This document shows, piece by piece, positions 22,225-33,000 of a stretch of 64,000 bases of DNA. The notes under the pieces were generated by a model. That model made no database searches and was not told the DNA's origin. It saw nothing but the letters and a program-made list of their open reading frames with translations. The stretch comes from Chrysemys picta bellii. Taxonomy: Eukaryota. Location: positions 26,164,001 through 26,228,000 of the forward strand of contig NC_088807.1 of the NCBI RefSeq assembly GCF_011386835.1, given 5' to 3'. The stretch's first letter is position 1; each line of letters begins with the position of its first letter. A program made the position numbers and the translations under genes.

Positions 22225-23337
22225 TCACATGACGCAGTACGGCTCCCGGGGCAGGGGGGGCTCTGTCCTGCGGCAGGGCACGTGGGCCGCCAGCCCCTTC
22301 TTGAGCTCCTTATTGAGCAGGAAGCAGACGATGGGGTTGACGGCGGCCTGGGCGAAGCTCATCCAGACGGCGGTGGCCAGGTAGCGGTGGGGGATGCTGC
22401 AGGCCTTGACGAAGACCCGCCAGTAGCAGGCCACGATGTAGGGCGACCAGAGCAGGAGGAAGAGGACGGTGATGACGTAGAACATCTTCCCCAGCCGCTT
22501 CTCGGCCTTGAACTCCTCCATGCCCAGCAGGCGGCGGTTGGCGGCGTGGCCGTTCTGCCGGACGCCCAGCAGCGTGGGCGGCATGGGGCCCCGGCCGAAG
22601 CCGGCGATCCAGTTGGCGGCCGCCTGGCCGGTGGCCCCCGGCCCGTGGAACGTCCAGTTCTGGCTGATGGCCGGCACCATCTGCACCGGCTTCATCTTGC
22701 GGTGGCGGTACTCGAAGCAGAGCAGCTTGCCGTAGACGGCGTGGGTGGCCCCCACCAGCACGGCCAACATGAGCATGAAGCCCAGCGTGTCGTTGGCCTT
22801 GAAGTAGCGATGCTCGAAGATGCACTGGTCCTCCTCCCGGATGAACTTGTAGGTGCCCACGTCGAAGACGGGCGGGAAGGCCATGGCCACCGAGAGGGTC
22901 CACACCATGCAGATGACGGCCACGCACGTCCACAGGGTCATGCGCTTGGCGTAGAAGCGGTGGTGGGCCACGGCCATGTACCGGGTGACGCTGATGCAGA
23001 AGAGGAGGAAGGCGGCGTGGAAGCAGAAGAGGACGGCCAGGAAGGCCACCACCTTGCAGCTGAGCGGGCTGTGGGTCCAGGCCGAGCCGTGGCGGATGGA
23101 GACCAGGACGAAGGGGAAGCAGACGGCCGCCCGCACGGCGTCGGCCAGGCACAGGTCCAGCAGGAAGTAGTAGGGGGCCCGGTGCAGCCCCCGCTCCTTC
23201 AGCACCAGCAGCGCCAGGGCCAGGTTCCCCGCCAAGCTCACGCAGATGATCAACCCCAGCAGCAGCAGCTTGGCGTAGTTGGAGGCCGCCGGGGGGCCCG
23301 GCGGGCCCGGCTCGTCCGCCTCGCTGGCGTTTGCCAT
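22225..23337 (-). CDS. GPR173: Probable G-protein-coupled receptor 173 (SREB3), single coding exon, 370 aa
   Basis: Seven hydrophobic segments, SREB-type TRY in place of DRY, HGPGATGQAAANW, NPIVCF; splice acceptor cctgcag before 23383 in the 5' UTR. Confidence 0.96.
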   Translation of the reverse strand: MANASEADEPGPPGPPAASNYAKLLLLGLIICVSLAGNLALALLVLKERGLHRAPYYFLLDLCLADAVRAAVCFPFVLVSIRHGSAWTHSPLSCKVVAFLAVLFCFHAAFLLFCISVTRYMAVAHHRFYAKRMTLWTCVAVICMVWTLSVAMAFPPVFDVGTYKFIREEDQCIFEHRYFKANDTLGFMLMLAVLVGATHAVYGKLLCFEYRHRKMKPVQMVPAISQNWTFHGPGATGQAAANWIAGFGRGPMPPTLLGVRQNGHAANRRLLGMEEFKAEKRLGKMFYVITVLFLLLWSPYIVACYWRVFVKACSIPHRYLATAVWMSFAQAAVNPIVCFLLNKELKKGLAAHVPCRRTEPPLPREPYCVM

Positions 23338-23644
23338 CGCCGGCCGCCGGGGCTAGCGGGGACGGCCCATGGCCCCGGGGCCTCTGCAGGGGAGAGAAGG
23401 GATCGTTGGGGCGGGGGCTGGCCCTGCCGCGTGGGACCCCCCAAGCCTGGCGCGTGGGGTCCAAGCCAGGCTACGGGGCAGTGGGGTGATGCCTGGTGCC
23501 CCCCGGCCTGGCCCGGTTGGGGGTGGGGCTGGTGAGCGCAGACCCCTTGATCCCATCACCCACCTCGTCTGGGGCTCATGGGGTCCCATCTCCCACTCCC
23601 CACCCTGGGGCTGGATGGGGGCCGGTGCCCCCTGGAGGGCAGGG

Positions 23645-24460
23645 CACAGTCGTCCTCACAGTCACGGACACGCTCGTGTACACCCGTCCTCACAGCCACA
23701 CTGACACGCACAGTCGTCCTCACAGCCGCACAGACACTGACATGCTCGTGTACACCTGTCCTCACAGCCACCCTGACGCTAACACGCACAGTCATCCTCA
23801 CAGCCGCACCGACATGGACACGCTCGTGTACACCCGTCCTCACAGCCACCCTGACACTGACACGCACACGCACAGTCGTCCTCAAAACCACCCTGACATG
23901 CTCGTGTACACCCGTCCTCTCAGCCACCCTGACACTGACACGCACACGCACAGTCGTCATCACAACCGCACCAACATGGAACACACAGTCGTCCTCACAG
24001 CCGCACCAACATGGACACGCTTGTGTACACCCGTCCTCACATCCGCACCGACACTGACACGCTTGTGTACATCCGTCCTCACAGCCACCCTGACGCTGAC
24101 ACGCACACGCACAGTCGTCCTCAAAACCACCCTGACACACTCGTGTACACCCGTCCTCTCAGCCACCCTGACACTGACACGCACAGTCGTCTTCACAACC
24201 GCACCAACATGGACACGCTCGTGTACACCCATCCTCACAGCCACCATGACACTGACACGCACAGTCGTCCTCACAGCTGCACTGACACACTCACACCCAG
24301 GCACAGTCGGTGTCAGTGTCACAGCCGCACTCACGCACACATGCACTGAACTACAATCACACAGTCCCGTGTCCACTCACAACATGCGCACACGCTCGCA
24401 CTGACATACGCTCGTCCTCACAGCCGCCCAGACACGCACACTCATGCTGAGGCTGACACA
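23645..24460. repeat. AC-rich degenerate minisatellite (cacagtcgtcctcacagccgcac)
   Basis: GPR173 5' UTR intron region. Confidence 0.75.
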
Positions 24461-25179
24461 CACACGCCCACGCCCCGAGTCCCACTCACAGCGACACACT
24501 CCCCCTCCTGCAGACTGAGCCTGGCACACGCCCCCCACCCCGCTGGGCCCCTGCCGTGTTCACACCCTCGCGCCTCGGTCCCGCTCACACTCGGCTGCCC
24601 CCGCGTGCGCGTTGAGGGCTGAAGCTTTCTGGCTGCTTTTGCTCACCCCAGGCGCTTTGAAAGGGTCCTTTGCACACGCGTGTGCTCACACACAAACACA
24701 CACAGAGCCACACCCAGGCTCTGTCACACTCACCCCCCCCCAACCACCTGGGGAAGCAGGTGGTCCGTGGAGCTGAGCCGGGACCCGATTCCGCTCTTAA
24801 ACTGGAGTCAAACTGGAGTCACTCCTGATTGCCCCAGGGGAAGAGAGAAGAGAATGAGGCCAGTGGAGTCACCCCTGAGCGCCCCTCCCCCCAACTCCAG
24901 ATCTACTGTGAGCATCAACTCAGGGCCTGCTGGGTGGGGGCCTGGCCAAAATACCCCCCCCGAAGTCCCCCTCCCCCACTGTCCTGTCCCAGCTGGGGGC
25001 AGAGATGCAGGCTCAGTGGGGGGGTGGGGTCTGGCAGGTTGGGGGCTTATAATGGGGGGGGATTTGCACAAGGCCCCCCCAGTGCACGGCCACACGCCGA
25101 GGGGAGAGAGAAACGTGCACACACCCCGGAAACACACCCGCAAAGTAGAACGACACATGCAGACACGCAAAGTGGAAAC

Positions 25180-25638
25180 ATGTACGTGTGTACACACATG
25201 CTACACACACACTAGACACGTTACATACACACAATCTACACACAAACCTACACACACACTATACATGCTACACACACACGTACACACACTAGATGTTACA
25301 TACATACAATCTGCACACAAACACACACTATGCATGTTACACACACAATACACACATACACACACTAGACATGTTACATACACACAATCCACACACAAAC
25401 CTACACACACACTAGACATGTTACATACACACACAATACACACACACAAAGTGGTAACGTACATGTGTGTATACACCCGCTACACACACACACACGCGCT
25501 ATAAACACAAACACTGCACACACATAATACACACACACTGTATATACACACACACACATATACACAATATATATATACACACACAAGACAGCCATACAAT
25601 ACACAGACACACAAAGTGGAAACATATATACATGGATG

Positions 25639-25669
<31 letters not shown>

Positions 25670-25670
25670 T
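25180..25670. repeat. (CA)n/(TA)n-rich low-complexity tract
   Basis: Direct inspection. Confidence 0.85.
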
Positions 25671-27089
25671 CCCCAGGCCCTGAATGACACCCCCCCCCCC
25701 CCCGGCCACTCCTAGGGCATGTTGTCAGGTCTCTGCACCTGTCAGTTGGGGTGTAGGGATGACAAAGGGGGGATGGAGGGACGGGGGCTGGAGGGGGCAG
25801 CAGAGGAAGGTGTGTGTGTAACGGGGGGGGGGATGGAGGGCCAGGGAGGGGGAGATGGAGGGGGTGTATATGGGGTGAGGAATGATGGGATGAGTGGGGG
25901 CCCAGAGGGGTGTATATGGGTAGGGGGTGTATACTGGTGGGGGGGGGGTGATGGTGGTGTATATTGGTGGGGGCCGGGGGGGGTGTATATTGGTGGGGGA
26001 CTGGAGGGATGTATACAGGTGGGGGGCCAGGGGGGTGTATATGGGGGGGCCGGTGGGTTGTATGGGGGGGCAGGGCCGGGGGGGCCGATGCAGGGGCCCC
26101 CCCAGCCAGCCCCAGCTCACCTCCGTTCCGCTGCTCCCCGACGTGAGGCGAGACCCCCAAATCCTTCCCCGCTCGGTGGGGGCGCGTCCCCCGCCCCGGC
26201 GCTCAGGCCCTGCGGGGAGCGGGGGGTCCCTCCGCCGGGCCGCCCCCCATGCCGGCCGGACAGGGCTCGGGGGGGTGCGTGGGGGGCCGGGAGCGCTGCC
26301 CCCCCGCTTCGGCCGCCTCCAGAGCCCGGCGCCGAGGGCTCCCCGCGGATCCCCAAGCTACCCGGATCGGGGCCTCGACAACATCCAAGGGGCCAGGTCT
26401 CTCCTCCAGCGGATCCCCTGCCCCCGATCAATCCGGAGTGACTCCGAATCTGCCCTCTTCAGCACAGCCGCCTCCTCCAGCAGATCGATCCAATTGCCAT
26501 CCGGATCGGCTCGCTCCCCAGTGGGAATCCGGATCCCCCCCGGTTAGATCCAGAGGGGTAAATCCAGGTCGGGACGGGCCCCGGGGCGCCGGCTTGGCCC
26601 GGGCAGCCCCCCGCCGCCGCCTTGCTCCATCCCCAGGATCCCGGTTCGATCCGGGGGGGGGGGTAATGCAGGGTGCGGCTCCGGAGTCACGCCGGATTCT
26701 AGCCGGGAAGGGGGGGGTCCGGCCTCGCCCCCCGATGAGCCCGCAGGCGGGCGGGGGGTCAGGCTCCGGTCCCCACAAAGGAGCCGGGAGGCGCCCGGGA
26801 TCCGACCATCTTGTTCAGCGTCCACCGGAAGGTGCGGCGGGGGGAGGGGGCCTGGGGGGCAGAGGGACGTGGGGGGCGGAGCCGGAGCCGAGGGGGGGAG
26901 GGGGGATTCGGGCAGCAACGCAACATCAGGACCGGGGGCGGGGGCTGGGAGCCAGGACTCCTGGGTTCTCTCCCCAGCGCTGCTGACCCCCCGACACGAA
27001 GGGATACGGGACATATACAAAGCAACTGCGCCAATCTGATGGGGACCGCAGCCCCCTGTCCTCGAAGCGCCCCCAATCCCCGGGGCAGG

Positions 27090-28140
27090 AGAGTGGGGCA
27101 GGGCCTGTCCCCTCTGGGGGGCGCCGGCTCCCACCGGCCCCAGGGCAGGGACTGGCTGGCTCAGGGGGGCAGGGAATGGGGTCTGGGGCCTGTCCCCTCT
27201 GGGGGGCGCCGGCTCCCATTGGCCCCAGGGCAGGGACTGGCTGGCTCAGGGGGGCAGGGAATGGGGCAGGGGCCTGTCCCCTCTGGGGGGCGCCGGCTCC
27301 CACCCGGCCCCAGGGCAGGGCCTGGCTGGCTCAGGGGGGCGGGGAATGGGGTCTGGGGCCTGTCCCCTCTGGGGGGCGCCGGCTCCCACCAGCCCCAGGG
27401 CAGGGACTGGCAGCTCAGGGGGGCGGGGAATGGGGTCTGGGGCCTGTCCCCTCTGGGGGGCGCCGGCTCCCACCAGCCCCAGGGCAGGGACTGGCTGGCT
27501 CAGGGGGGCGGGGAATGGGGCAGGGGCCTGTCCCCTCTGGGGGGCGCCGGCTCCCATTGGCCCCAGGGCAGGGACTGGCAGCTCAGGGGGGCGGGGAATG
27601 GGGCAGGGGCCTGTCCCCTCTGGGGGGCGCCGGCTCCCACCGGCCCCAGGGCAGGGACTGGCTGGTTCGGGGGGGCAGGGAATGGGGTCTGGGGCCTGTC
27701 CCCTCTGGGGGGCGCCGGCTCCCACCGGCCCCAGGGCAGGGACTGGCTGGCTCAGGGGGGTGGGGAGTGGGGCAGGGGCCTGTCCCCTCTGGGGGGCGCC
27801 GGCTCCCACCCGGCCCCAGGGCAGGGACTGGCTGGCTCAGGGGGGCAGGGAATGGGGCAGGGGCCTGTCCCCTCTGGGGGGCGCCGGTTCCCACCAGCCC
27901 CAGGGCACGGACTGGCTGGCTCAGGGGGGCGGGGAATGGGGCAGGGGCCTGTCCCCTCTGGGGGGCGCCGGCTCCCACCAGCCCCAGGGCAGGGACTGGC
28001 TGGCTGGTTCGGGGGGCTGCGAATGGGGCAGGGGCCTGTCCCCTCTGGGGGGCACTGGCTCCCATCAGCCCCAGGGCGGGGACTGGCTGGTTCGGAGGGG
28101 CTGCGAATGGGGCAGGGTCCTGTCCCCTCTGGGGGGCAGT
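27090..28140. repeat. ~85-bp G-rich minisatellite, about 12 copies
   Basis: gggcctgtcccctctggggggcgccggctcccaccggccccagggcagggactggctggctcagggggg. Confidence 0.9.
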
Positions 28141-28272
28141 GGCCCCCACCTGGAATTGGGCCCATCCCGCCTCCAGACCCGTCACCTTCCCCCCCACAGC
28201 CGGACCCCGTCCTCCTCCCCCAGCGCCGTGAGTCCCCCAGGAACCAACACCAGGGCTGTGGCCGGGATCATT

Positions 28273-28278
28273 TTTATT
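28273..28278 (-). terminator. Candidate poly(A) signal (AATAAA) of PPP1R3F
   Basis: tttatt on + strand about 1 kb downstream of the stop, in an AT-rich patch. Confidence 0.5.
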
Positions 28279-28504
28279 TAGCGTTTCCATCAGCTGTGTG
28301 GACGCATTTCACCCCCTTCAAGCCCCCACGCGTCTGTGATCAGATTTCTGCCCCCCCCCCCCCCCGCGGGGCGGTACGTGGAGCCGAGGCTCATGGCCCC
28401 CCCAACCGTCTCCGTCTGGTTCAAGCGTCTTGCCTCTCGCTCCAAAGCAGGTTTTCCGGCCCTGGATCCCCCTCACCTGCAACAGGGGCAGGGCTGACTT
28501 CCCA

Positions 28505-28745
28505 TCTCAGTTAATTCAGAGTCAATCCGGAGTCACCCCCGACTGCAATGGGGTCAGGGCTGGATTCAGAGCTCACTTAATCTGGAGTCAATCCGGAGTC
28601 ACCCCCGACTGCAATGGGGTCAGGGCTGGATTCAGAGCTCACTTAATCTGGAGTCAATCCGGAGTCACCCCCGACTGCAATGGGGTCAGGGCTGGATGAT
28701 GATTTCACTTAATCTGGAGTAACTCCCGACTGCAACAGGATCTGG
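28505..28745. repeat. 63-bp tandem repeat of the caatccggagtcacccc MITE-like family
   Basis: About 3.5 copies. Confidence 0.75.
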
Positions 28746-29274
28746 GCCCGATTCCTCTCTCATCTCCACCCGGCCTCAATCCGGACTCAGCTCCGAGTCT
28801 GGCTGTTCTTCATCACTCCGAGAGCCTCCCACGGCTTCCCCGCGTGGGGAAACTGAGGCACACCCCCCCCACTCCCACAGCGACATTTCCTGGGCCATGC
28901 GGCGGCGGAGTGTGTAGCTGGGCGGCTCTGAGGTGCTGTGGGACCTCGTCGCACGGCGAATCAGCCGGACGATCGCCAGCCCCTCCGGCGGCTGGACCGA
29001 CACATCACGCTGCAAACGACCCGCTTTGCACCACGCTGGGGCGGCACGAATTGACCCCCCACACACACACACTCCCCGGTACAAAATAAATACAGAGCCA
29101 TGGGGTGGGGGGTGGAAGGGTTGTGGGCTGGAGAAGCAAAGCAGGACAATGAACCGATGTAAGGTCTTCAGAGGCACGTGGCCTCTGGCGTGGGACCCAA
29201 GGGGTGGGGTTAGAGCAGGGGGGGCTGGGAGCCAGGACGCCTGGGTTCTCTCCCTGGCTCTGGGGTGGAGGGGG

Positions 29275-30060
29275 CTAGAGCAGGGGGGGCTGGCGCCACG
29301 TGAGAACCACATACAGGGTGACGGCCGCGGCTGGCAGGCAGCCGCTGAGGACCACGGGCAGGATGACCACGAGGCCCAGAACGAACAGGGAACGGGTCAG
29401 GGCCTGTCCCAGCCGCGTGGGGCAGCCGGGCGCCCCTTCCCGGGGCACCCCCGGCCCTCCCCAGCCCCCCCGGCTCCGCCCCGCCGGGGCTGCTGTCCGT
29501 GCCGGCACCACCACGGCAGCCGGCGCCAGCAGCCGCAGGGCCCCGCCTGGGCCGGCTCCCCGGAGCCCGGCCTCCAGCAGCGCCGGGGGGCTGTCCCGCC
29601 CCGGGCAGGCAGGCGGGCTGAGCCGGGCGGCCGGGCTGGCATAGCGCAGGGTGATCTCCTGGGCCAGGGAGCTATTCAGTGCCCGCTCCGGCCCGGCCCA
29701 GCCGACCACCAGGTCCCGGTCGCTCAACACGCTCAGGCGCAGGGCGGGCAGCCAGGCCGGGGGGGAGCCGGCCGCCTCCGTGCCCCCCGGCCGCCCCCCG
29801 GCGCCCCCCAGCTCCTCCGCCCGCAGCCGGCTGAGGTGGGAGAGATACAGCTGCTCCAGCTCCGAGTCCACGGCCTCCTCCTCCGCCCGCCAGAGCCCAG
29901 CCTGCTCTGCCAGGCCAGCCTCCGAGAACGAGGCCCCCGGCCCCAGAGAGCCGGCCTCGGGCCCACGGCCGCCCCCAGGGGACTCAGCCAAGGGCACCAG
30001 GAGTTCCCTGGCAGGCAGCTCCGTCTCCAGGGACGTGGGGGGGACCTGCAGCTCCGGGAC
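29275..30060 (-). CDS. PPP1R3F: PPP1R3F exon 4
   Basis: cgctgcag|GTC, in frame with ORF 29275-29997; TAG stop. Confidence 0.9.
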   Translation of the reverse strand, partial: VPELQVPPTSLETELPARELLVPLAESPGGGRGPEAGSLGPGASFSEAGLAEQAGLWRAEEEAVDSELEQLYLSHLSRLRAEELGGAGGRPGGTEAAGSPPAWLPALRLSVLSDRDLVVGWAGPERALNSSLAQEITLRYASPAARLSPPACPGRDSPPALLEAGLRGAGPGGALRLLAPAAVVVPARTAAPAGRSRGGWGGPGVPREGAPGCPTRLGQALTRSLFVLGLVVILPVVLSGCLPAAAVTLYVVLTWRQPPLL

Positions 30061-33000
30061 CTGCAGCGGGGCAAGGGAAGGATGAGGGCTGGAGAGGCAG
30101 GATCTCCCTGAAGCTCTGGGGTGGGGGGGCGATTGTGGCCCAGCCGTGCCTCAGTTTCCCCACCTGTGAGAAGCGGGGCCCGAGCCGGCCTTTGTGAGTG
30201 AGATTGGGAGATCTCTGGAGTAGGGGCTGACCCTCGCACCTGTGGAGACAGGGGCCCCGGTCTGGCAGGCAGGGCCGGCGCTGGGGGGCGGGCAAGGGGC
30301 TGAGTGGGGGGTGGTCTCCCCTGGCAGGCAGGCAGGGCCGGGTGCTGGGGGGCGCTGGGGGGCTGGGCAGGGGCCTCTCTCCCCACCCCACCCTGCTGCC
30401 GCCAGTTCTTACCTGTCCCGTGGAAGCTGAGGGCGATTCTCTTTGCGTCTCCCTTTCCGGGCTCCCTTCTGGAGAGAGAGAGATGGGGTCAGCCACACTA
30501 GTGCGCCCCTCAACCAGCCCAGCACTGCTAGGGGGAAGCTCGCAGCGCTGGGGGTGACCCCGGCTGGAGGCACTGCTGGGGGGAAGCTCGCAGCACATAC
30601 CTTCCTCACGGGCAGGGTTTGGTATGTCTTCATCGCTTAGCTCTTCCTCGCAGGGCCTGTGAGGGGAGAAGGGATCCAGTCACTGCCCAGGGTTGGGGGG
30701 TGGCACCTTGCAAAGGGTCTCATGAGAACCCAGGTGTCCGGGCCCCCAGCCCCCCTCCTAGAGCCAGGGAGAGAACCCAGGTGTCCGGGCCCCCAGCCTT
30801 AGTGGGCAGGGTATTAGCCAGGGCTCCCTGGTTCCATTCCAGCTCGACCACACGTGCCCAGCTGAGCTTTAATGCCTCAGTTTCCCTTCGTTTGTTTAGA
30901 CTGAAAACTCTCTGGGACCGGGACGGTGTCTCTGTGCAGCGCCCGACGCGACGGGGCCTGATCCGGGTCGGCGGCTCCACGCCAGTAAAACCCTGCAGCT
31001 ATTTTGGGCGTGTTCCTGGGTTTTCCCCTTCCCTGCGAGTCACCGTCTGGGAGCCCGGGCCTGAGATCTGGGGCTGCGAGGGGGCGGGACCGTGAAAGTG
31101 CCAAGCCACAGCTTTGCATGACAGCTCTCGCACGCGGCCCACGCCCTGAGCTCGGCACCGGGTCCCGCCAATCCGGAGTCACCCCTGATTGCACCCCGCT
31201 CAGTGCTGGGTCCTGAGCTCGGCACCGGGTCCCGCCAATCCGGAGTCACCCCTGATTGCACCCCGCTCAGAGCTGGGTCCTGAGCTCGGCCCCCCCGGGA
31301 TCAATCCGGAGTCACTCCTGATTGCACCGCGCTCAGCGCTGGGTCCTGAGCTCGGCCCCCCGGGATCAATCCGGAGTCACCCTGATTGCACCGCGCTCAG
31401 CGCTGGGTCCTGAGCTCGGCACCGGGTCCCGCCAATCCGGAGTCACCCTGATTGCACCGCATTCAGTGCTGGGTCCTGAGCTCGGCACTGGGTCCCACCA
31501 ATCCGGAATCACCCCTGATTGCACCGCGCTCAGCACTGGGTCCTGAGCTCGGCTCCCCCGGGATCAATCCGGAGTCACCCCGATTGCACCGCGCTCAGTG
31601 CTGGGTCCTGAGCTCGGCACCGGGTCCCGCCAATCCGGAGTTACCCCAGATTGCACCACACTCAGCACGGGGCCCTGAGCTCGGCACCGGGTCCCGCCAA
31701 TCCGGAGTCACTCCAGATTGCACCGCGCTCAATGCTGGGTCCTGAACTCGGCACCGGGTCCCACCAATCTGGAGTCACCCCTGATTGCACCGCGCTCAGC
31801 ACTGGGTCCTTAGCTGAGCACCGGGTCCCGCCAATCCGGAGTCACTCCAGATTGCACCGCGCTCAATGCTGGGTCCTGAACTCGGCACCGGGTGTGACGA
31901 ACTGGGCCTGTTCTTACTGTGGGCTGTGAATGCTGACAGGGGAGTGTGGCTAGGATAGTCTGCATTGGGGGATGGGTTTGGGAGTCTGCCCGAAGGCGAA
32001 TACCTGAGTGTGTAACATGAGAACCCAGGAAGGGGTTGGAGGCCAGGTGACACCTTGGCCCGGGAAACTGAACAAAGGCGGTGGGAGGGGTCGCTGAAGG
32101 CAGAGGGCTGGAAGCGGGCTGGAGAGATGGCTGGGAGGCAGAGATGGCTCTGACCCCCCAAAGGGGGGTGGGCTGGGATGCCCTGGGACCCCAAGCTGGA
32201 CCTAACTGAGGGGGGCCCTGTTGTCTGTGCCTGCAAGACCTGTCTTGGACTGTATTCCTGTCATCCAAATAAACCTTCTGCTTTACTGGCTGGCTGAGAG
32301 TCATGGTGAATCGCAGGAAGCCGGGGGTGCAGGGCCCTGAGTTCCCCCACACTCCGTGACAACTGGTGGCAGAGGTGGGATCTACTGCACCCCGTGGACG
32401 GCGCTTCCTGCAGTAAGTGACTGGGGAGCAGTAAAACGAAGGGGGATTGACGGGGACCAGGCGTGCTGAAGAGTGGGAGAGAGACGGTTATTACCCCTGG
32501 GAGTGTGTGACCAGCGAGAAGGACTTTTGCAGTAACAGGGTCCCCCGGGGGGATCGCAGCGAGTGGTCCCAGGGGCGGAGGAGTCTGCAGCTCGACCCTG
32601 GCAGGGAGGTGGTGACCTTGAGAAGGGCTGGCACACTAGGGGTCCCCCTGGGAACTGTGGGGAGCTGTGAGCACACAGGCCGGTGAGTGGCCAGCAGGAA
32701 GATGTATGCCAAGCGGCTTAAGAGCGACCTGGTGGAGCTGTGCAAGCAGAGGCGGCTGCGCATTGGGAGGCTCACCAAAGAACAGCTCATTGCCCGGCTG
32801 GAGGCGGAAGATCGCGCGAATGAACTGATCCCTGTGTCTCAGGGAAGCAGCCTGGCAAATGCAGCGCAGGCACCAGTGTCTGTCCCAGCTGGGAGTGGTC
32901 AGCCGGCTGCTGAGGGCTTCCCGAGACCCCTCCTTCCTATGCCTAGGGGAAGGGTGGGGAGGAGCCCAGCAAATACCAAAGGCGCCGTGACCCCCCCGGC

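Noticed and set aside
22282-23535. 417-aa antisense ORF over GPR173
   Set aside because: Expected shadow of GC3-rich codon usage in the sense gene
26811-28514. 567-aa and 351-aa Gly-rich ORFs
   Set aside because: Translations of the 85-bp minisatellite
30160-30245. Possible extra PPP1R3F exon ([12 protein letters not shown]...)
   Set aside because: It would end in phase 1 and break the frame into exon 4; its donor comes from a CORE-SINE fragment (gtggggaaactgagg)
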